Of a stretch of DNA of 64,000 bases, positions 58,177-64,000 are shown one piece after another. This stretch comes from Bdellovibrionota bacterium FG-1 (GTDB lineage: Bacteria > Bdellovibrionota > UBA1018), in assembly GCA_051382295.1 (NCBI GenBank), contig JBBCAW010000021.1, forward strand, positions 32,001 to 96,000, in the 5' to 3' direction. The position numbers were made by a program, and so were the translations under genes. The notes under the pieces are model-generated. The model had not been told where the DNA came from. It saw only the letters and a list, made by a program, of their open reading frames with translations, and made no database searches. Numbering within the stretch: position 1 is the stretch's first letter; the number at the start of each line of letters is the position of its first letter.

Positions 58177-58208
58177 ATGAGGTTATCCCATTTCTCCGAA
58201 ATGGGAAT

Positions 58209-58961
58209 ATGACTTACGAAAACATGCGATCCCGTATTCAGGTGGTGACTCTCGATAATTTTTATCATTCCTTATATGAACCCAACGCCTGCCAGGTTTT
58301 CATCGATATGGTCAAGTTGCGCGCGGCGGGTTTTGGTCCTGAATATCCTAAATCCTTTTTACCGTTGGAACGGGGTGATTTTTTTGCGCGCCATCATGTG
58401 ATTTATCTGGTGACCGACGGCCAAAGAGAACCCGTTGCTTGTTATAAGCAAATACCCTTGTCGCTTTGTGATTTTTATAAAAATGATTTTCCTCTTTCGG
58501 TCATGATGAAAATGATCGGGGCGGTTTCTCATCTTCAGGAGGTAGAGCGGTTGATCAATCAAGCCAAGCAGACCACACGTGAGGTGATTTACGGGGGAAG
58601 CTTAACCCTCTCTAAGAATTTTCGATTGAACCATCCTTCGGAAAAAGAGCTGTTTTTCGACTTAATGGCTGCTCTTTTTTGTCTCGATTATGCCGAGTTT
58701 GGAAAGCCTTCATGTATTATTGGCGCTGCGACTCGCTTTAAGATCGATCGGTTTTTTGAAAAGGTAGGGTATGAAAGAATGAAAAGTTTCGGTCATTTAC
58801 TAGACCCGGTGCCTGTTATTTCGGCCGCGAATGAACCTGTGGTATTAATGTCTACTGATTGTGTAAGTGAATATGCCAAAAGCTGTCTCGTTGATAATCA
58901 AGACATTCTTGCTTCGCGCGAATGGATCAGAAACAGGGATGAAGAACTCATGGCTGCGTAA
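58209..58961 (+). CDS. Putative GNAT-fold acyltransferase, LuxI/FeeM (N-acyl synthase)-like
   Basis: Motif order resembles LuxI/FeeM: KLRAAGF..EY...LE.GDFFARHHVI...PVACYK...FPL...GSLTLSKNFR...RFFEKVGY. The upstream part of the ORF-track call is IS sequence. The ORF is clear; the function is tentative. Confidence 0.5.
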   Translation: MTYENMRSRIQVVTLDNFYHSLYEPNACQVFIDMVKLRAAGFGPEYPKSFLPLERGDFFARHHVIYLVTDGQREPVACYKQIPLSLCDFYKNDFPLSVMMKMIGAVSHLQEVERLINQAKQTTREVIYGGSLTLSKNFRLNHPSEKELFFDLMAALFCLDYAEFGKPSCIIGAATRFKIDRFFEKVGYERMKSFGHLLDPVPVISAANEPVVLMSTDCVSEYAKSCLVDNQDILASREWIRNRDEELMAA

Positions 58962-58965
58962 GAGG

Positions 58966-59877
58966 CTAGTGTGAAACGACGGACAAACGAACCCCAGTGT
59001 CCCGAACGCGATGGCTGGAGTAATCAAAGACAAAGCGGCACACGGGATCTCCGCGGTGCACACATCGAGTTTCTTGGATGTTGGCTAGCGGCATGCCGAT
59101 AAAGCCCGGAAGTCCCGCGAACAATCCAGAGCGGCCGGTGCAAACATGGGGGTTGCCAACCTCGTGTACTCCAAATGCCTCGGAAATCTCAGGTTTGGTT
59201 TTGCTTTCCAGGATGCATTGTTCATGATCCAATTTCATCAGTTGATAGTCGCAGTTTTGCTCAAAGTCCCGAAGCAAAGTCATATAGGCCTGCTCGAGTA
59301 CGCTTTGGGTGGAGCGGAGCTGTGAAAGTTGTTTCCCCATCGGGGTTTCGCGCAGATTGACCACTTGGTGATGCCCTATGGCTTGAAGGTCATTCTCGCT
59401 GAATCCTAGGTTGTTTCGTAGGTAACTATACAGCTCAGTCATAAACCGAATATTGATCGAATCGGTCATCCTGCCCCGCCAAAAGCTGCCTTTGATCTGA
59501 AAGTGCCGATTAATGGTGTGCGTAATATGGGAACCGCGATACTTTTCGGCAAAGCGCATGACATTGATCGCCGAATGTTTGCGACTATTGGCCGCAAAAG
59601 TGTATTTCGGGTGAATCGAGCAGTCGGGGTTTTTCTGGGCGAAAGCGAGGGTATCGAAGTCGAAAGTGTTCTCGTCAAAATCTGAAAGATTCATATCGAG
59701 TTGTTCCGACAGGCGGTACAAACTCAAGAGCGTGAGCGTACTTCTTCTGGATAGGATGAATTGGTATTTTTTTTGAGAAATTTTAAGATATTTGCTGGCC
59801 CAGACGTCTTTTGTGACGCCAAGCGCGGCTCTCGCGGTTTCGAGAGTGTTCACCAGTCGCTTGTCGGTCTCAAACAT
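58966..59877 (-). CDS. Degenerate XRE-type HTH + V4R (4-vinyl reductase-like) ligand-binding domain protein
   Basis: C-terminal HVCTGRSGLFAG...ETRCVHRGDPVCRFVF (V4R motif); N-terminal LETARAALGVTK...LSLYRLSEQLDM; TAATG coupling to the upstream gene. Confidence 0.7.
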   Translation of the reverse strand: MFETDKRLVNTLETARAALGVTKDVWASKYLKISQKKYQFILSRRSTLTLLSLYRLSEQLDMNLSDFDENTFDFDTLAFAQKNPDCSIHPKYTFAANSRKHSAINVMRFAEKYRGSHITHTINRHFQIKGSFWRGRMTDSINIRFMTELYSYLRNNLGFSENDLQAIGHHQVVNLRETPMGKQLSQLRSTQSVLEQAYMTLLRDFEQNCDYQLMKLDHEQCILESKTKPEISEAFGVHEVGNPHVCTGRSGLFAGLPGFIGMPLANIQETRCVHRGDPVCRFVFDYSSHRVRDTGVRLSVVSH

Positions 59878-60767
59878 TAGGCCGCTATCTTGACCCGATA
59901 TAAGCATCGAGGAGCCCCTTTATACAGATTTTCGACCAACGTCACCTTGACGGATCGGTGCCCGCTATAGGTGCTAAAGTTTTGAAAAAATCCTCGGTCA
60001 TAATGGGCAAAGAAATCGCCCAATAAAGGATTGTTTTGGTAATCGAAGGCCTGCATGTGCGCGGCCGGCTCTACCGCTATTTCGAGTTGCTCAGCGCTGG
60101 GGTTGACGTTGAGTAATGAGTAATGAAAGTTGGTCGAATATTTTGCGGCGTTTTCGACAAAGCCCGTGAGAAGCGCAATTTGATTGGACGATATAAATTC
60201 ATAAAGATGATGGAGGGAGCCGTGCATTTCGGGGTTACCGGCCGTGCGGGTCGCTAGTTCAGCATCTTTGCTGGTCATGCTATTTTTTCGAACGATGGTT
60301 TCACAAAGATCAATCGTGAAATTGAAGTTAATGGTTGCGCTGAGGTTGATAAAAAAATCGGGGTCGAGCTTGATGTCACTGAAAAATCGAGCGAGCCCTC
60401 GTTCTCCCAGTGTTTCTTTCGCGAAGTCGAGAAGTGGCAGGAGTGACCGGACTTTGGAGCCTTTTTCAAAGGCGTAGCGCTGAGGGAGGCGAATGGCGCT
60501 CTCTTTTTGTTCCATTTCAAACAAACCATGGGTCAAGGAGTCAGGAGAAATTCCTGAGGATTGGCAGAAAGTAAACCATTGGGACGCTGTCAGGAATTGT
60601 TTTCCACTTTCAATGCGCGAAAGCGCACTTTGGTCCAGCCCCAGCGTGGGGGCCACTTCAGTTTGGTTGAATCCCAGGTGCTTTCGGGTGGCTTGTAAAA
60701 GCTTGCCGATGCGCATAACGATCGCCTGATCTGGGTCGACTTTCTTTGAAATCCTATTTTCTATCAT
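59877..60767 (-). CDS. XRE/HTH_3 transcriptional regulator with a C-terminal V4R-like domain
   Basis: Canonical HTH IGKLLQATRKHLGFNQTEVAPTLGLDQSALSRIESGKQ; C-terminal ENLYKGAPRCLYRV aligns by eye to the neighbour's V4R end. Confidence 0.75.
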   Translation of the reverse strand: MIENRISKKVDPDQAIVMRIGKLLQATRKHLGFNQTEVAPTLGLDQSALSRIESGKQFLTASQWFTFCQSSGISPDSLTHGLFEMEQKESAIRLPQRYAFEKGSKVRSLLPLLDFAKETLGERGLARFFSDIKLDPDFFINLSATINFNFTIDLCETIVRKNSMTSKDAELATRTAGNPEMHGSLHHLYEFISSNQIALLTGFVENAAKYSTNFHYSLLNVNPSAEQLEIAVEPAAHMQAFDYQNNPLLGDFFAHYDRGFFQNFSTYSGHRSVKVTLVENLYKGAPRCLYRVKIAA

Positions 60768-60879
60768 CGTCTTAGTTGAATGCCATATTTCAAGCAAAAT
60801 TGCGAGCCAGGAAGAATGCGCGACGCATTAATATTGGAATTCCTATAAATCCCGCCCGAACAGTGCTAGACTAGCCCTG

Positions 60880-61062
60880 GTAGTGCATCCGTCCGCGTCA
60901 GAGTCCTCGAGCATGGTGCTCATGTCCTCTTTAGCGGCTTTTACGCTTAAAGTGGGCTTTACATGAGTACTCAACTTTACGTTGGCAATCGTTGGTAATG
61001 AATGGGTTGCACGGCTGTAATTTTTTTAGGGGCAAGGCTGTTCGACGGTCTTGCCCCTTTTT
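60880..61062 (+). ncRNA. Candidate stand-alone structured ncRNA (6S-like rod with a central bubble)
   Basis: Extended -10 TGcTAGACT (60864-60872). Stems GTGCATCCGT/ATGGGTTGCAC, GTGCTCATGT/ACATGAGTAC and CTTTAGCG/CGCTTAAAG. Ends in an intrinsic terminator. Confidence 0.5.
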
Positions 61063-61065
61063 ATT
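61028..61065 (+). terminator. Rho-independent terminator
   Basis: AGGGGCAAGGCTG-TTCGA-CGGTCTTGCCCCT followed by TTTTATT. Confidence 0.8.
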
Positions 61066-61077
61066 AAGATTGAAGAG

Positions 61078-62298
61078 ATGGAAAAATCGATAGAACAACA
61101 GGACTTAATAGATCAGGAAGCGAATTGGGATTTTTTGGGCCTTTCGCCCCAATCCCTCGAGGTCATTGCCAAAGCAGGCTATACAAAGCCAACCGCTGTT
61201 CAGGTTCAAGGGATCCCTATTGCGCTAGAGGGCAAGGATCTCATTGCCTCCGCCCAAACCGGTACGGGTAAGACCGCGACTTTTGTCCTCCCGATGATCG
61301 AAGCGTTCGTGGGCCGAAAGGGGACCTTTGGCCTCGTCTTGGCGCCAACACGTGAAATCGCTCAACAAATTGATGCTACGATTAAGGTGCTCGGTGGCCC
61401 GCTGGGAATTGAATCGATCGTCCTCATCGGTGGTGTCAATATGCGCCACGATGCAATAGCGCTTCAATCCTATCCTCAAATCATTGTGGCGACCCCAGGG
61501 CGCCTTTGTGATCATTTGGATCGGGGAAATATTTGGCTCGATTATATTGAAATTGTCGTTTTGGACGAAGCGGATCGTATGCTGGATATGGGTTTTTCGG
61601 ACCAATTAGCCCGCATTACCTCCGATCTTCCCCGGCAACGTCAAACATTATTGTTTTCGGCAACCATTACGCCTACCGTTCGTCGTTTGGCTGAAAAGAT
61701 TCTTTATCAGCCTCAAAGTGTGAATATCGGCAAACCTCTGACCGCAGCTATATCGGTGGAGCAACGCGTGCTTTTTGTGGCGGAAGAATCCAAAAATCGC
61801 GAATTGCATCGTATTTTGCGAAAAGAACCCGGGAGCGTGATTGTTTTTACCCGTTCCAAAGACGGAGCCACCCGCGTCTGGCGCTCTCTTCATAGTGCCG
61901 GATTTTACGACGCCACCTATATTCATTCGGATCGTTTGCAGAGTCATCGCGAACAAGCGCTGGCGGAGTTCAAAGAAGGCAAATACCGGATTTTGATTGC
62001 CACGGACGTCGCCGCACGAGGACTGCATATCGATGACGTCTCGTTGGTGATTAATTACGATCTTCCGATGGAAGCTGAAGATTACGTTCATCGAATTGGC
62101 CGGACTGGGCGAGCGGGGGCGACGGGGAGGGCTTTGACCTTTGTGACCCCTCGCGATCGGCGTGGGCTCAATGATATTGAGCGATTACTGGGGCGCGAGT
62201 TGGCCTCCATCGGCGAAAGCGGTTCGCGTGATGCAACCCCTGAACATGCCCCAGCGACACCTCAAAGGCCGCACCGAAGGCGTCGAAAACCCGCATGA
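61078..62298 (+). CDS. DEAD-box ATP-dependent RNA helicase (RhlE-like)
   Basis: Q motif, AQTGTGKT, PTRE, TPGRL, DEAD, SAT, TDVAARG and HRIGRTGR. Confidence 0.96.
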   Translation: MEKSIEQQDLIDQEANWDFLGLSPQSLEVIAKAGYTKPTAVQVQGIPIALEGKDLIASAQTGTGKTATFVLPMIEAFVGRKGTFGLVLAPTREIAQQIDATIKVLGGPLGIESIVLIGGVNMRHDAIALQSYPQIIVATPGRLCDHLDRGNIWLDYIEIVVLDEADRMLDMGFSDQLARITSDLPRQRQTLLFSATITPTVRRLAEKILYQPQSVNIGKPLTAAISVEQRVLFVAEESKNRELHRILRKEPGSVIVFTRSKDGATRVWRSLHSAGFYDATYIHSDRLQSHREQALAEFKEGKYRILIATDVAARGLHIDDVSLVINYDLPMEAEDYVHRIGRTGRAGATGRALTFVTPRDRRGLNDIERLLGRELASIGESGSRDATPEHAPATPQRPHRRRRKPA

Positions 62299-62320
62299 TT
62301 CAAGCGCAAGAGGCGATGGC

Positions 62321-63133
62321 TTAGGCCATTCCTACGATATAGGCCACCCAAGCGTAGGCATTGTCGCCATGATCGGCTTGAAGGTACTCACCGGTCCCTT
62401 GACCTTTGTGTTCGGTTTCCCAAAAGACACAAGTTTTGCGAAATCCCGCTTCTTTCATGGCATCGCGTATTTCTGGAATCGTCCAAAGTCGCCAATCGTA
62501 AGTGAAGGCGTCGTTGATCTGAATGCCATTTTTGAGTTTGAAGTGAATCGAATACTGAGCATCGTGGGTGATGGGGTCAAACGATTTTTGGTGCCAAGTG
62601 TAGACAAATTTTCCGATTTTTGGAGCTTTGGCCGTTTTTCGTTCCCGCATGGGCGCGATCATTCCGGGGCCGCCCGCAAGATCCAAAATCGCCATGCCAT
62701 TTTTTCCCAGGGAGCGCATACAACCACGGAGATAGCGAACGAGGGTTTCGCGTTCTTTAAAGATACAATATGAAAAATTACAGGCGATCAGCAAGTCTAC
62801 CTTCGGCTGGGTGATGGACAGGACATTGTCATTGAGCAGCTGTAGCCGTTTCCTCTGTTCAGCACTCAGCGTGCGCCAATGGTGTTTTTTTCCGTAAGCC
62901 AGGGGTTCTGGGTCCAGATCGATGGCGATGGCGGTGTTATTGCGGTTGCGCTTCACCCATTCCGCACTTAAGCGGGCCGTTCCGCAGAAATCTTCACGCA
63001 GGTGACGAGGGTAAGTGCCCCGAAGTTCTTTGTAAACGTGGACAAACCACTCGGCATGGTAATCTGGACTTTGGACGGAATTTTCATAAAGCGCGAACTT
63101 ATCGATTTTTGAGATGGCCTTTGAGATAGTCAT
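62321..63133 (-). CDS. Class I SAM-dependent methyltransferase
   Basis: Motifs LYENSVQSP, LREDFCGTA, AIDLDPE, NFSY and FTYDWRLWT; start reset to ATG 63133. Confidence 0.82.
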   Translation of the reverse strand: MTISKAISKIDKFALYENSVQSPDYHAEWFVHVYKELRGTYPRHLREDFCGTARLSAEWVKRNRNNTAIAIDLDPEPLAYGKKHHWRTLSAEQRKRLQLLNDNVLSITQPKVDLLIACNFSYCIFKERETLVRYLRGCMRSLGKNGMAILDLAGGPGMIAPMRERKTAKAPKIGKFVYTWHQKSFDPITHDAQYSIHFKLKNGIQINDAFTYDWRLWTIPEIRDAMKEAGFRKTCVFWETEHKGQGTGEYLQADHGDNAYAWVAYIVGMA

Positions 63134-63220
63134 GGAGCGTGGTTTTTCGCATAAACGGGCTGATTGGTCTAGAGGCAAGGCGTGCAATTCAGGTGGATAA
63201 CTGATAGCGTCGCCCCCCAT

Positions 63221-64000
63221 ATGGCTATTTTGGTCAGTGCTCACAGTCTTCGAAAAGCTTTTGCCGCGCGCCCTTTGTTTGATGGCCTCACGTTTGCGAT
63301 TGAAAGTGGCGAACGTATCGGTCTGATTGGGCCCAATGGAGCGGGCAAGTCGACATTGCTCAAGATTTTGGCGGGGAAAATTCAACCCGACGAGGGAAAG
63401 CTTTCCATTCAACGTGGATTGCGGGTTGGGTTTTTGGAACAGGTGCCCACTTTCAATCCTGGGATCTCGGTTTTTGAGACCGTTTTAGAGGGCACCCCTG
63501 ATCCCCATGATTGGGAGTGTATGGCCCTCGCTCATGAGCAGTTATCCAAGCTTTCCTTGGATGGTTCCGAGGGAGTAGGTCCCGATAGTCGAGTCGATAC
63601 GCTGTCAGGCGGTTGGAAAAAGCGGGTAGCCTTGGCCCGCGAGCTGGTGCGCCAGCCTGACTTGTTGCTTTTAGATGAACCGACCAATCATTTGGATGTG
63701 GAAAGCATTCTTTGGCTCGAGGATTTTTTAGCCCACGCCCCCTTCGCGGCATTAACCATCACGCATGATCGGCTTTTTTTACAGCGGATTGCCAACCGAA
63801 TTATTGAGCTGGACCCTAGAAATCCCGGCGGATTGCTGAGTATTCAAGGTGATTATGCCCACTACCTTGAAACTAAAGATTTACTGATGGCGGCCCAAGA
63901 GCGCCGTGAGATCATCCTCAAAAACACTTTACGGCGCGAAACTGAGTGGTTAAGGCAAGGGGCCAAGGCGCGTACCACCAAGCAGCAGGCCCGGATTCAA
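63221..64000 (+). CDS. ABC-F family ATP-binding protein (Uup-like), N-terminal part; runs off the window edge
   Basis: Manual translation from ATG 63221: MAILVSAHSLRKAF...GPNGAGKSTLL...LSGGWKKRVALA...[11 protein letters not shown]...THDR...EWLRQGAKARTTKQQARI. Confidence 0.92.
   Translation, partial: MAILVSAHSLRKAFAARPLFDGLTFAIESGERIGLIGPNGAGKSTLLKILAGKIQPDEGKLSIQRGLRVGFLEQVPTFNPGISVFETVLEGTPDPHDWECMALAHEQLSKLSLDGSEGVGPDSRVDTLSGGWKKRVALARELVRQPDLLLLDEPTNHLDVESILWLEDFLAHAPFAALTITHDRLFLQRIANRIIELDPRNPGGLLSIQGDYAHYLETKDLLMAAQERREIILKNTLRRETEWLRQGAKARTTKQQARIQ

Noticed and set aside
58023..58208. N-terminal 62 aa of the 312-aa ORF-track call
   Set aside because: It is mostly an alternative frame of tnpA and the IS right end; the real start is likely ATG 58209.
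57382..61065. Retron msr-msd or TnpB omega-RNA interpretation of the structured elements
   Set aside because: No reverse transcriptase, TnpB or IscB gene is present in the window.
63134..63412. N-terminal extension of the methyltransferase ORF
   Set aside because: It overlaps the antisense strand of the ABC-F gene starting at 63221; the family-like sequence begins at ATG 63133.

Overview
Gene-dense, roughly 50% GC bacterial chromosome segment. The gene content and the many secreted or outer-membrane hypothetical proteins suggest a Bdellovibrionota/Oligoflexia-like organism, but this is inference only. Recognisable core genes are a TetR-TolC-RND efflux operon, two tandem APC amino-acid permeases, ettA, the N-end-rule cluster clpS-clpA/aat, purE, dnaE, acnA, a DEAD-box helicase and a partial Uup-like ABC-F gene. 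Trehalose/stress genes include a membrane-anchored OtsA, GH15, a HAD-GH65 fusion, a USP-like protein and BON-SRPBCC. There is also a transglutaminase-elicitor + clostripain operon and a pair of GT-C glycosyltransferases. Two accessory patches (about 14.2-18.1 kb and 56.0-61.1 kb) hold a toxin-antitoxin module with a truncated PIN toxin, repeats, an IS200/IS605 element and several structured non-coding elements; an intact MazF-type pair lies at 6.9-7.6 kb. The best candidate for an undescribed system is at 58.2-60.8 kb. There a LuxI/FeeM-like (GNAT-fold) acyltransferase converges on two translationally coupled XRE-HTH + V4R-type proteins with complementary degeneracy, which may be a non-LuxR signal synthase/receptor module. 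Next to it lies a promoter- and terminator-bounded, 6S-like rod-shaped ncRNA candidate. No rRNA, tRNA or CRISPR array was seen. All family calls come from motif recognition by eye; no database searches were run.
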